DNA from: Bacteroidales bacterium
Lineage (GTDB): Bacteria > Bacteroidota > Bacteroidia > Bacteroidales > VadinHA17
DNA: 64,000 nt
Reading direction: 5' to 3'
NCBI GenBank assembly: GCA_049792755.1
Contig: JBARBF010000024.1
Coordinates: forward strand, 5,675-69,674
Shown: piece by piece, positions 9,377 through 18,204 of the stretch
How the letters are laid out: each line of letters begins with the position of its first letter
How positions within the stretch are numbered: the stretch's first letter is position 1
Translations under genes and position numbers: made by a program
The notes under the pieces: generated by a model
Databases searched by the model: none
The model's input: the letters and a program-made list of their open reading frames with translations, nothing else
Told to the model about the DNA's origin: nothing

Positions 9377-11467
9377 TTAAATCAAATGAATTGATACAAG
9401 CAGCATATCGATAAGCTTGATTCCAATAAATGGCACAATTATTCCCCCAATACCATAGATTACAATATTAAGTGCCAGTACACGGTTGGCTGAAATAGGC
9501 CGGTATTTCACACCCCTGAGGGCAAGTGGTATTAGTGCAACAATAATTAAAGCATTGAATATAACTGCACTTAAAATAGCGCTTGCAGGAGAGTTAAGGT
9601 TCATTATATTAAGTACTCCTAAAGGAGACACTCCTGAAGATGTAACATACAAAAATGTAGCAATGGCAGGAATTATAGCGAAGTATTTGGCTACATCATT
9701 GGCAATGCTGAATGTTGTCAATGCGCCACGGGTCATAAGTAACTGCTTCCCTGTTTCCACCACCTCAATAAGTTTTGTCGGATTGCTGTCCAAATCGACC
9801 ATGTTCCCGGCTTCACGGGCAGCTTGTGTACCTGTATTCATTGCTAAGCCCACATCGGCCTGGGCCAGGGCAGGGGCATCGTTGGTGCCATCGCCAATCA
9901 TTCCTACCAGATGACCATTGGCTTGTTCTTCTCTTATCCTGTAAAGCTTATCTTCTGGTTTTGCTTCAGCCAGAAAATCATCCACTCCTGCTTCAGCAGC
10001 AATAGCTGCAGCAGTCTGCGGATTATCTCCCGTGATCATAATTGTCCGTATTCCCATCTTTCGAAGCTGGGCAAAACGTTGCTTAATGCCGCCTTTTACA
10101 ATATCCTTGAGATGTATTACACCCAAAACCTGGTTATTTTCAGCAACTACCAATGGCGTTGCTCCCTGACGTGACAGATCGGATACTATCTCTTCTACAT
10201 TTTTTGGGAAAAATCCATTATTATTTTCAATGAATTTTCTGATTGCATTGGAAGCGCCTTTGCGTATGCTGCGTAATTGACCAGAAGGATTCTTTAAGTC
10301 AATACCGCTCATACTTGTTTGAGCTGTGAATGGAACAAATACAGAGTCAAGAGTCTGCATTTCTCTGGCTCTCATATTAAATTGCTCCTTGGCTAAAACC
10401 ACAATAGAACGGCCTTCGGGGGTTTCATCAGCAAGAGATGCCAATTGAGCTGCATCGGCCAGTTGCTCTTTCGTGAATCCCTCTGCCGGGATAAACTCAG
10501 TTGCCATACGGTTGCCTAATGTAATTGTACCCGTTTTATCAAGCAGCAAAACATCTGTATCACCGGCTGCTTCAATGGCTCTGCCACTTGTTGCTATTAC
10601 ATTCTTACGCAAAAGCCTGTCCATTCCGCTTATGCCAATAGCGCTTAGTAAACCCCCAATTGTCGTAGGTATTAGGCAAACAAGAAGTGAAATCAGAACA
10701 GGAAGAGTAAGATTGTGATCCGCGGATACTCCTGAGGCTTTCAGACTATAGCCAAAATATGCCGGTAAAGCAACGACTACCAGAAGAAATATAATAGTAA
10801 GACCTGAGAGAAGGATGATCAAAGCAATTTCGTTCGGAGTCTTTTGACGTTTAGCACCCTCGACTAAAGCTATCATTCGGTCAAGAAAGGTAAAACCAGG
10901 TTCAGAAGTTACTTTAATCGTAATCCTGTCGCTTATAACTTTAGTTCCTCCTGTAACTGCACAACGGTCACCGCCGCTTTCACGTATTACAGGGGCAGAT
11001 TCGCCGGTGATGGCCGACTCGTCGACGCTAGCAATACCCTCAATTACATCGCCATCTGCAGGAATTACATCTCCTGCATCACATACAACTATATCCCCTT
11101 TCTTCAGGTCATTTGCAAGAACAATTTCTTCTGTCTTATGATTCAGCTTCCGGGCCTTTGTCTGTGTACGGCTTTTTCGTAAACTATCAGCTTGTGCCTT
11201 ACCCCGGCCTTCTGCAACAGCTTCGGCAAAATTGGCAAACAAAACCGTAAACCAAAGCCAGAGTGTGATCTGGAAGTTAAAGTTTGAAAAATGACTTTTA
11301 AAAATATCAGATAATACAACAACGGTAGTCATAAGCGCACCAATGCCGACTATGAAAATGACCGGGTTTTTTACAAGCAAGCCGGGGTTCAACTTGATAA
11401 AAGAATCTTTTAACGCCTGTGCTGCTATCTCCCGGGTAAAGAGCTGCCTTGTATTTCGTTTTTCCAT
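9377..11467 (-). CDS. kdpB: K+-transporting P-type ATPase subunit B
   Basis: DKTGTIT phosphorylation motif, TGES, MITGDNP and [10 protein letters not shown]. 696 aa. Confidence 0.95.
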   Translation of the reverse strand: MEKRNTRQLFTREIAAQALKDSFIKLNPGLLVKNPVIFIVGIGALMTTVVVLSDIFKSHFSNFNFQITLWLWFTVLFANFAEAVAEGRGKAQADSLRKSRTQTKARKLNHKTEEIVLANDLKKGDIVVCDAGDVIPADGDVIEGIASVDESAITGESAPVIRESGGDRCAVTGGTKVISDRITIKVTSEPGFTFLDRMIALVEGAKRQKTPNEIALIILLSGLTIIFLLVVVALPAYFGYSLKASGVSADHNLTLPVLISLLVCLIPTTIGGLLSAIGISGMDRLLRKNVIATSGRAIEAAGDTDVLLLDKTGTITLGNRMATEFIPAEGFTKEQLADAAQLASLADETPEGRSIVVLAKEQFNMRAREMQTLDSVFVPFTAQTSMSGIDLKNPSGQLRSIRKGASNAIRKFIENNNGFFPKNVEEIVSDLSRQGATPLVVAENNQVLGVIHLKDIVKGGIKQRFAQLRKMGIRTIMITGDNPQTAAAIAAEAGVDDFLAEAKPEDKLYRIREEQANGHLVGMIGDGTNDAPALAQADVGLAMNTGTQAAREAGNMVDLDSNPTKLIEVVETGKQLLMTRGALTTFSIANDVAKYFAIIPAIATFLYVTSSGVSPLGVLNIMNLNSPASAILSAVIFNALIIVALIPLALRGVKYRPISANRVLALNIVIYGIGGIIVPFIGIKLIDMLLVSIHLI

Positions 11468-11484
11468 ATTATTTATCTTAAAAA

Positions 11485-13170
11485 TTAAAATGTAACACCC
11501 ATGTTCATTAAAAAATGTTCAACTATGGGACCAAGTGCAAGAGGAGGGAAAAATGTCAAACCTCCAACAATAAGGATTACACTTATCAACAACATGACAA
11601 ACAGCAAGTTGTCGGTTCTGAAAGTACCTGACGAAACCGGGGTGACCTTCTTCTTAGCCATGCTTCCTGCAATTGCCATTACCGGTACAATAATTCCAAA
11701 ACGGCCAATAAACATACCAAAGCCCATCATAAGGTTGTAAAAGACAGTGTTTGTGTTTAGCCCGCCAAAAGCGCTGCCATTATTTCCGGCGGCCGAACTG
11801 AATGCATATAAAATCTCAGAAAGTCCGTGAGGCCCTGCATTATTGAGACCCGATAATCCTGCAGGTATTGAACAGGCTAATGCAGAAAATAATTTAATTA
11901 CTATACTTGGAGCGAGAATCGCAAGAATTGCCATTTTCATTTCAAAAGCCTCCACTTTCTTACCAAGGTACTCAGGTGTCCGGCCAACCATGAGCCCTGC
12001 AATAAAAACAGTAAGTATTATAAATATTATTATCCCATATAAACCCGATCCTACTCCACCAAAAATAATTTCACCAAGCATCAGGTTGAACATTGCTACC
12101 AGACCTGAGAGAGGTGATAAGCTGTCATGCATGGCATTCACAGAACCGTTCGAGGTAACGGTTGTAGTAACTGACCAGAGGACACTGTTCATCACTCCAA
12201 AACGAGTTTCTTTACCCTCCATTGCACCTGACACATTCAACACATTATTATGACTGTATTCTGACCAGAGAGATATTGCAATGCCTACCGCAAAGAGGAT
12301 AAACATGGTAATAAAAATGGCACGGGCCTGTCGTTTGGATTTCATATAATAACCAAAAGTAAAAACCAGACCAGCTGAAATAAAGATGATTGAAAACATC
12401 TCAAGTAAGTTGGAAAATGGTGTCGGATTTTCAAAAGGATGTGCACTGTTTGCACCAAAGAAACCCCCGCCGTTTGTGCCAAGTTGCTTAATGGCAATTT
12501 GCGATGCTGCCGGACCTAATGGAATAACTTGCTCAGTTCCCTGCAAAGAGGTTGCTTTTACGTAATGTGAAAATGTTTGTACAGCGCCCTGTCCAACCAA
12601 AGCCATGGTGAGAATAATAGAGAGTGGCAATAACACATAAAGTACGCTTCGGGTCATATCTGCCCAAAAATTACCAAGGGCATCTGTTGTTTTTCTGGTC
12701 AGGCCCCTGATCAAAGCCAGTAATACTGAAATTCCTGTCGCTGCACTTACAAAATTCTGCACTGTCAATCCCAGCATCTGAACCAGATAGCTCAGAGTAT
12801 TTTCACCGCTATATGATTGCCAGTTAGTATTTGTTGTAAAACTCATAGCTGTATTAAATGCAAGATGCCATGAAACATTTGGTAATTTTTGGGTATTCAG
12901 AGGCAGATAAGCCTGTATCAGCTGCAAAATATATAGAAAAACAAATCCAAAAATATTGAAAAGGAGCATACCGTACATATAGGTCTTCCAGTTCATCTCC
13001 TCCTCGCTTTTGATTCCTGCTACCCTGTATACCCGTTTTTCAAGCCATCCAAAAACCGGCTTCATAATATGTTTTTCACCCATAAAGACTTTTGCCATGT
13101 ATTTACCCAACAATGGCGATAACACGACCAGTAATACCAGGAAAAGGATCAGTTGAATTGCCTCGTTCAT
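11485..13170 (-). CDS. kdpA: K+-transporting ATPase subunit A
   Basis: 561-aa polytopic protein with KdpA selectivity-filter-like repeats ([31 protein letters not shown]). Confidence 0.95.
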   Translation of the reverse strand: MNEAIQLILFLVLLVVLSPLLGKYMAKVFMGEKHIMKPVFGWLEKRVYRVAGIKSEEEMNWKTYMYGMLLFNIFGFVFLYILQLIQAYLPLNTQKLPNVSWHLAFNTAMSFTTNTNWQSYSGENTLSYLVQMLGLTVQNFVSAATGISVLLALIRGLTRKTTDALGNFWADMTRSVLYVLLPLSIILTMALVGQGAVQTFSHYVKATSLQGTEQVIPLGPAASQIAIKQLGTNGGGFFGANSAHPFENPTPFSNLLEMFSIIFISAGLVFTFGYYMKSKRQARAIFITMFILFAVGIAISLWSEYSHNNVLNVSGAMEGKETRFGVMNSVLWSVTTTVTSNGSVNAMHDSLSPLSGLVAMFNLMLGEIIFGGVGSGLYGIIIFIILTVFIAGLMVGRTPEYLGKKVEAFEMKMAILAILAPSIVIKLFSALACSIPAGLSGLNNAGPHGLSEILYAFSSAAGNNGSAFGGLNTNTVFYNLMMGFGMFIGRFGIIVPVMAIAGSMAKKKVTPVSSGTFRTDNLLFVMLLISVILIVGGLTFFPPLALGPIVEHFLMNMGVTF

Positions 13171-13225
13171 ATTTTTAAGCTTTAAGCATAATTTAAAATT
13201 TACTTATGATATTTGTATGAAGACC

Positions 13226-13288
13226 GAAGTCGGAAGTCGGAAGAAAGAATCATAATTCTTTTATGCCGGTCTTCGGACTTCCAACTTC
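13226..13288 (-). other. Long stem-loop in the kdpF-kdpA spacer built from inverted heptamer repeats
   Basis: gaagtcggaagtcggaag (13226-13243) pairs with cttcggacttccaacttc (13271-13288) at 16 of 18 positions. There is an inner hairpin aaagaat/attcttt. An alternative pairing is gaagaccg (13219-26) with cggtcttc (13267-74). No U-tract follows in the mRNA sense. Confidence 0.6.
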
Positions 13289-13453
13289 TTAAAATTTATC
13301 AGGCCTTAATAAAGTATAAATTAAATATCCAAGAATAATGAGTGCAATTATGCCTCCCAACAGGTAACTCAGAGCGCTGTTTGATCCGGCAGCCTCCTGA
13401 TTAGCCGGGGTAATAAGAAAGAGCATAAGCAATTTTGGAATTTTTGTCTTCAT
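13289..13453 (-). CDS. kdpF: KdpF-like small membrane peptide (below the ORF-track cutoff)
   Basis: My own translation gives MKTKIPKLLMLFLITPANQEAAGSNSALSYLLGGIIALIILGYLIYTLLRPDKF. The C-terminal TM ending LLRPDKF matches the KdpF signature (..ALLxPExF). It lies directly upstream of kdpA. The true start may be internal (Met10 or a TTG/CTG). Confidence 0.6.
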   Translation of the reverse strand: MKTKIPKLLMLFLITPANQEAAGSNSALSYLLGGIIALIILGYLIYTLLRPDKF

Positions 13454-13502
13454 AGTATAAATAATTTACTTCTATCAATATTCAATTTAATTGTTCAATT
13501 GG

Positions 13503-14855
13503 TTATAATCTGAATAGAACAGCAAATATTATCCTGCTTTCAGATTTTACAAGGTCCGGTCTCCAGTCAGCCGGTAAAGGTGTCCATTGGTAACCGGTTG
13601 GTGAAGTCACACCACCTTTCCCGGCAAAATACGGTACACTTGATTCGCGATGAACAATCTCTACGCGGAAAGTAATGCTTTGATTAGGCATCCAGTCTAA
13701 ATTTGAGGAACAGTCCCAGGCTTTAAATTTATCTCCCGGATTGGCACTGAACGGAAATGCTCCTTCTGTCTGAGTCGGGTTATTCGGATCAGGTAAAGGG
13801 CTCGCCTGACCGGTCGGATATAATACCAGATAACGACCCGGATTTGTCATTACACCTCCGCCAATTGTCCAGGCAATTTTATTTTTTGCAAACCAGATCC
13901 GGTTGTAAAACATAGCGCTAGCAAAATACTGGGCGGGTCCCTGGCTCGCATTACCATTCTTAAATCCGTTTACGCCTCCTCCTTTTTCATCACCAATATC
14001 ACAGGTTAATGAAAAAGCCATTCTAGAAATTCCATCTGACTGCGGATTATTGTAATATCGTACCAACATGCTGTTATCGGAATGGAAACGTTTTCTCTGT
14101 GGCAAACCTCCGGCATCTGTCCCATAATAATCGTTGGTAAGTATCTTAAAACTGCTGACCGGCATCCATGTAACATTGGTGCCTATGCCTGGCATGCTGT
14201 TAAACTTGCCATAACTCTGCCATCCATTTATAATCCATGGTTCGATCTTTAGATGCTGGGTAGGATAAATCTGAATGCGGACCCCGTTAAAAAACCAGGG
14301 AGTATCATCGGATGTATAAGATGCCTGGTACTCCCAGTTTTCGGGCTGATAGTAAGAGTTAAGTCCGATATATGACATGAACAGGCCCGCATCTACATTG
14401 ATTCCATACAAAACGTTAAAGTGATATCCTGCGTAAGCTTCACTCAGGTAACGGTATACATTCGCAAGGTTATATTGTCCCCTGTAAGGACTCAGATCAT
14501 TCCGGGGAACAACTTCAGACCGGGTGCCAAATTGTGTCATAAACCTGGCACGCGAATTCAGGTAATTGAAATCTCCCCCAATGTGCAGTGCGGAAAGCTG
14601 TACTTCATTGTCACGGGCCAGTGCAGTGGATCCAACAACAGTATTATCATTAGGATTATTAAATGAATGGGTATAGCTCAGATCCATTAAGATACCGGGA
14701 GTAAAGAATTTCATATTCTTAAACACCGATGAATCTCTTCGATCGCTTCCATTTTGCCAGGAAGCATCCAGATTTGTAAATGGTTCACCTTTTTGCTGGG
14801 CAATCAGACCGATACTACCTGCAACAATTAATATCAATGACAGAATCGTTTTCAT
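13503..14855 (-). CDS. Outer-membrane porin-like beta-barrel protein, first gene of the kdp operon
   Basis: Signal peptide MKTILSLILIVAGSIGLIAQQ. The sequence is aromatic/Gly-rich with an alternating pattern and ends in FAVLFRL (a C-terminal aromatic/hydrophobic beta-signal-like end). The gene stops 49 nt upstream of kdpF. Confidence 0.6.
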   Translation of the reverse strand: MKTILSLILIVAGSIGLIAQQKGEPFTNLDASWQNGSDRRDSSVFKNMKFFTPGILMDLSYTHSFNNPNDNTVVGSTALARDNEVQLSALHIGGDFNYLNSRARFMTQFGTRSEVVPRNDLSPYRGQYNLANVYRYLSEAYAGYHFNVLYGINVDAGLFMSYIGLNSYYQPENWEYQASYTSDDTPWFFNGVRIQIYPTQHLKIEPWIINGWQSYGKFNSMPGIGTNVTWMPVSSFKILTNDYYGTDAGGLPQRKRFHSDNSMLVRYYNNPQSDGISRMAFSLTCDIGDEKGGGVNGFKNGNASQGPAQYFASAMFYNRIWFAKNKIAWTIGGGVMTNPGRYLVLYPTGQASPLPDPNNPTQTEGAFPFSANPGDKFKAWDCSSNLDWMPNQSITFRVEIVHRESSVPYFAGKGGVTSPTGYQWTPLPADWRPDLVKSESRIIFAVLFRL

Positions 14856-14909
14856 TTTTGATAGTGCTTTTTAAAATCTATTTCGCACATACAAAATTGC
14901 AACAAAACA

Positions 14910-14958
14910 TGTAAAGGTTTTGTAAAAATGGAGATTTAAACCATAAAGATTTCGTAAA
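14910..14958 (-). promoter_or_regulatory. Two KdpE-type direct-repeat boxes upstream of the porin-kdp operon
   Basis: Read on the minus strand: TTTACG-aaatc-TTTATG (14942-14958) and TTTACA-aaacc-TTTACA (14910-14926). These are hexamer half-sites with 11-bp centre-to-centre spacing, 55-103 nt upstream of the porin ATG. Confidence 0.4.
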
Positions 14959-15046
14959 TATGAATTCACTCCATGGTGTTTAAACTAAAACCTCAATGAG
15001 AACTAATGAGAAGGTACTGAAACGTACCGTTTGAATTTTTTCCTGT

Positions 15047-17074
15047 TTATTCAACCCTGATCGGGAAAATAATTATCGGGATACCAAATTTAAAGAATCT
15101 CTTCTGAATTGAAAAAATTGTATGGTTATGAAGCAATTTCGAAAGGTAAAATGTCTTGGAAAACACCAGCTGACCACCGAAGAAAGCTGCACCAGACAAT
15201 CTTGGCCTGATTCTTTTTACAATCCGGTATATTTCGTTTACGGGGTCCGTGCCGATTGTCCATAGACTCTTTCCATACAAGCCGAATTGATTGGCAACTG
15301 TCACATACTTTTCACCATCCTCTTTTACCTGCTTCTTAAAATGTTCCAGTTCTATCGTTCCCCTGTATATTTTGGAATTAATAATTCCAATTCTTACAAA
15401 AACAATATTGCTATATACATTTTTAAAGTTTTCGAGGATTCGTAAAAAAGTATACAAACCTGTTCCGCCAAAACCACTGACTAATATAATTGCGGTCTTA
15501 CCTTCCTTTTTAAACTTAACTTTCTTCAAGTTCCTGTCTTCACATGGACGCTGTCCGATTAACTTTTCAATTTCTTTAAAAGCGCTCAATCTAAGCTTCT
15601 GGAGCTTTAGGGCAGTCTTAAAATAGTGTCTCTTAATATTGATAGCAAGTAAGATAAGTAAGCCTGTAATTAGTAAAGTAGCCCATCCACCCTGGCTGAA
15701 TTTCAGAATAAGAACCGAGACGAGGATAAAGGAAGTGAGTATAAGACCGATTCCGTTTATTGTCAATTTGCGTTTCCACGGAACGTGCTTTGCTTTCATC
15801 TCCCACCAATGTTTCACCATTCCGACCTGGGAGATGGTAAATGTAATAAATACATTAATACTATATAGAACAACCAGAAGTGCAACAGATCCTTTAGATA
15901 TAACCATCATAATAAGAGCTCCGCCTCCCATCAACAAAACTCCGTTCATTGTTACCAGCCGGTCGCTGAGTGATGCAAATCTTTTTGGTAACCAGTGATC
16001 AATTGCCATATTAGCCATGATCCTGGGGCCATCTATGAATCCTGTCTGTGCGGCAACAAATAACAATGCAGCTTCCGAAATCAGTGTTATGAGAACAAAA
16101 CTTCTTGACCAGAAATAACCCCATCCTGCAGTGAGATTATCGAGTAATACCGCATTTAAAGTTTTGTGAGTGTCGAGTTTTACATTAAAAAGCATATAAC
16201 AGATCATCAAACCTAATACCATGAAGGAAAGCGATATCATCATTAAAAACATAGTTTTCCTCGCCGTGGCAACTTTAGGCTCACGAAGAATAGGCATTCC
16301 ATTACTTACAGCTTCAATACCGGTATAAGTCCCGGCCCCCATACTGTAGGCCCGGAGAATTATAAAAAATGTGGCGATAAAACCAAATTGTGAGACAGTT
16401 GAATGAATCTCCTGGCTGGTTTGATTGGCAACAACAGAAAAATTAGAGGAATGAATAAAAATACCATATAAAATAGCAATTACATGTGTACAAATAAAAA
16501 CTACAAATATTGGAGTGAGTGAGAGTACAGATTCCTTGACTCCCCGTAAGTTTAACAGAATCAGAAAACAAACACCTGCAAAGGCAAAAGTCAGTTTGAA
16601 TGGCTGCCATGGTGCCGGGAAAAAACTGAACAGTGCGTCGGCACCGCTTGAAACAGAAATGGTAATTGTCAATACGTAGTCAATAATAAGTGCAGAACCT
16701 GATATCATTCCAGTTGTTGGTGACAACAGTTTACTGCCAACAAGATATCCGCCGCCACCATGTGGAAAAAGACGTACTATCTGGTTATAGCTGGAACTAA
16801 TAATTATAATCGTAAAAACGGTACCCAGAGCTACAAATATAGCTAAGCTTGTATGCCCAAGCAGGTTGCGATACGCTTCTTCAGGACCATAGCAAGATGA
16901 TGAAATCCCATCTGATCCGAGACCTATCCAGGCAAAAAATGCTACTAATGTTAACTTGTGGAATATCCCTTTATCCTGAATAGCTTTAGCCTTCCCGATA
17001 AAAGTATTTTTTAATCTTTCAGTTAAGGAAAATACTTCAGTTGAGTTCTCAATGTCTCTTCTCTTCATAATCAC
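15047..17074 (-). CDS. KimA-like APC-superfamily K+/H+ symporter with C-terminal cytoplasmic domain
   Basis: Collinear similarity by eye to B. subtilis KimA: GSDGISSSCYGPEE vs SSDALSSVAYGTEQ; FPHGGGGYLVGSKLL vs YPQGGGAYIVSKENL; GSALIIDYVLTITISVSSGADAL vs GGSLLVDYILTVAVSISAGTDAI; LNLRGVKES vs LNLRGLSES. 675 aa with a soluble tail of about 170 aa. Confidence 0.7.
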   Translation of the reverse strand: MIMKRRDIENSTEVFSLTERLKNTFIGKAKAIQDKGIFHKLTLVAFFAWIGLGSDGISSSCYGPEEAYRNLLGHTSLAIFVALGTVFTIIIISSSYNQIVRLFPHGGGGYLVGSKLLSPTTGMISGSALIIDYVLTITISVSSGADALFSFFPAPWQPFKLTFAFAGVCFLILLNLRGVKESVLSLTPIFVVFICTHVIAILYGIFIHSSNFSVVANQTSQEIHSTVSQFGFIATFFIILRAYSMGAGTYTGIEAVSNGMPILREPKVATARKTMFLMMISLSFMVLGLMICYMLFNVKLDTHKTLNAVLLDNLTAGWGYFWSRSFVLITLISEAALLFVAAQTGFIDGPRIMANMAIDHWLPKRFASLSDRLVTMNGVLLMGGGALIMMVISKGSVALLVVLYSINVFITFTISQVGMVKHWWEMKAKHVPWKRKLTINGIGLILTSFILVSVLILKFSQGGWATLLITGLLILLAINIKRHYFKTALKLQKLRLSAFKEIEKLIGQRPCEDRNLKKVKFKKEGKTAIILVSGFGGTGLYTFLRILENFKNVYSNIVFVRIGIINSKIYRGTIELEHFKKQVKEDGEKYVTVANQFGLYGKSLWTIGTDPVNEIYRIVKRIRPRLSGAAFFGGQLVFSKTFYLSKLLHNHTIFSIQKRFFKFGIPIIIFPIRVE

Positions 17075-17179
17075 ATTATCCGTTTATTCAGCTGAAGCTT
17101 ATTACCATTCAGACGAAACAGCAAATAAATCGCGCGAAAATAGTCAAATATTCGTAAAGAATGTATAAAGACTATTTAA

Positions 17180-17223
17180 GATTTTATAAAGATTTTATAA
17201 AGATTTTATAAAGATTTTACAAA
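17180..17223. repeat. Four tandem copies of an 11-bp unit (gattttataaa; last copy gattttacaaa)
   Basis: Direct reading at 17180-17190, 17191-17201, 17202-17212 and 17213-17223. On the minus strand this reads TTTGTAaaatc-TTTATAaaatc x3. It lies between the divergent kimA-like (ATG 17074) and DUF47 (ATG 17379) genes. Confidence 0.9.
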
Positions 17224-17378
17224 GAGACAGGGGAGATTGAGATTTGTTCATTAAAATCACCTTTTTTCGAACGCTTCAGGAAATAATTTCCTGTGGTTCC
17301 GCCGCTCAATACCTTATGTACTTTTGCGATTATTGGCTTTTTCTTATATTTGTTCTGACTACCAAATAATTTATCAAA

Positions 17379-18029
17379 ATGCCAGTTTTTACAAGAACAA
17401 CCAAGAACCTGATTATCAAGATCGATGAGTTCTTTGATGATATAGATCTCGGACTTCTGGTTTTCAGAGAAGGTATAAAAGCATATCTGAATAAAGATAT
17501 GGATGCATTCATCAGACACCTTCAAAAAGTTGATAATCTTGAGAACAATGCTGACAGACTTCAGCGGGAAATTGAAAATGAGATGATTACTCATTCAATT
17601 TTGCCACAGCACAGGTCAGAGGTCAGTACTCTCATAGATGAACTCGATGAAGTTATTGATGCACTGAAAAGCTCACTTAATGAAATTTATATAGAAATGC
17701 CCGATATCCCTTCATCACTTAATAAAAATATAATTAGTCTTACTGAAACTTCTGTCAGCGCTGCTGAAGAACTGATACCTGCAGCAAGGGCATATTTTAA
17801 AGCTCCATATACCGTTAGGGAAAAGTTGCTAAAGGTCTATTATTTTGAAAGTGAGACCGATAAGCTGTCGTTAAAAACAAAAAAGATCATTTTTAAGGAA
17901 ATGAACGAACTGGATCTTGCACATAAAGCCCATCTGAGATATATAATCCATCATATTGAAAATGTATCAGATCTGGCCCAGAAAGCCGCAGATCTTCTCT
18001 CAGGAATGGCGATTAAGATTGTGATGTAA
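17379..18029 (+). CDS. DUF47 (PhoU-like, TIGR00153) phosphate-transport accessory protein
   Basis: 216-aa all-helical protein with an E..AD...R motif (LENNADRLQREI), immediately upstream of a PiT transporter. This is the conserved DUF47-PitA pairing. Confidence 0.8.
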   Translation: MPVFTRTTKNLIIKIDEFFDDIDLGLLVFREGIKAYLNKDMDAFIRHLQKVDNLENNADRLQREIENEMITHSILPQHRSEVSTLIDELDEVIDALKSSLNEIYIEMPDIPSSLNKNIISLTETSVSAAEELIPAARAYFKAPYTVREKLLKVYYFESETDKLSLKTKKIIFKEMNELDLAHKAHLRYIIHHIENVSDLAQKAADLLSGMAIKIVM

Positions 18030-18035
18030 CTTGTC

Positions 18036-18156
18036 GCTGGGTGCTGGGTTCTGGGTGTTGGTTGAAAAGATAAAAGTCAAAGGTAAAAAGATCAAAGTAA
18101 AGAGTCGTAAATACCGGAAAACAGAAACAAGAAACAAGAAACGAGAAACGAGCAAC
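18036..18156. repeat. Two degenerate heptamer arrays in the DUF47-PiT spacer
   Basis: gctgggt gctgggt tctgggt gttggtt (18036-18063) and cagaaac aagaaac aagaaac gagaaac gagcaac (18122-18156), separated by an A-rich aaag-type tract. Confidence 0.8.
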
Positions 18157-18204
18157 ATTTAATAAACAAATTAAAACAATTCACTTGTTGAAATTATTTA
18201 AGTA

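Noticed and set aside
9486-10718. Several plus-strand ORFs (9486-9914, 9775-10005, 9911-10174, 10473-10718) inside kdpB, and similar ones inside kdpA (11501-12253), kdpD, the KimA-like gene and other long genes
   Set aside because: They are antisense to genes with unambiguous family motifs. Their translations are low-complexity or hydrophobic noise, with no motifs and no independent spacing. They are typical shadow ORFs.
17075-17378. Possible c-di-AMP (ydaO/kimA) riboswitch in the leader of the KimA-like gene
   Set aside because: The leader is AT-rich and dominated by the 11-bp repeat. I could not find the GC-rich, pseudo-two-fold-symmetric conserved core of the ydaO motif on the transcribed strand. 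An Infernal scan would be the decisive test.
17217-17594. 125-aa minus-strand ORF (and 17330-17512) overlapping the DUF47 gene start and the 11-bp repeats
   Set aside because: It overlaps a well-supported plus-strand gene and runs through the tandem repeat. It has no recognisable features.
18036-18156. CRISPR array interpretation of the short tandem repeats (here and at 13226, 24259, 40341, 43102)
   Set aside because: The units are 7 nt and directly abutting, with no spacers, and each array has at most 5 copies. No cas genes are present. This is not CRISPR architecture.
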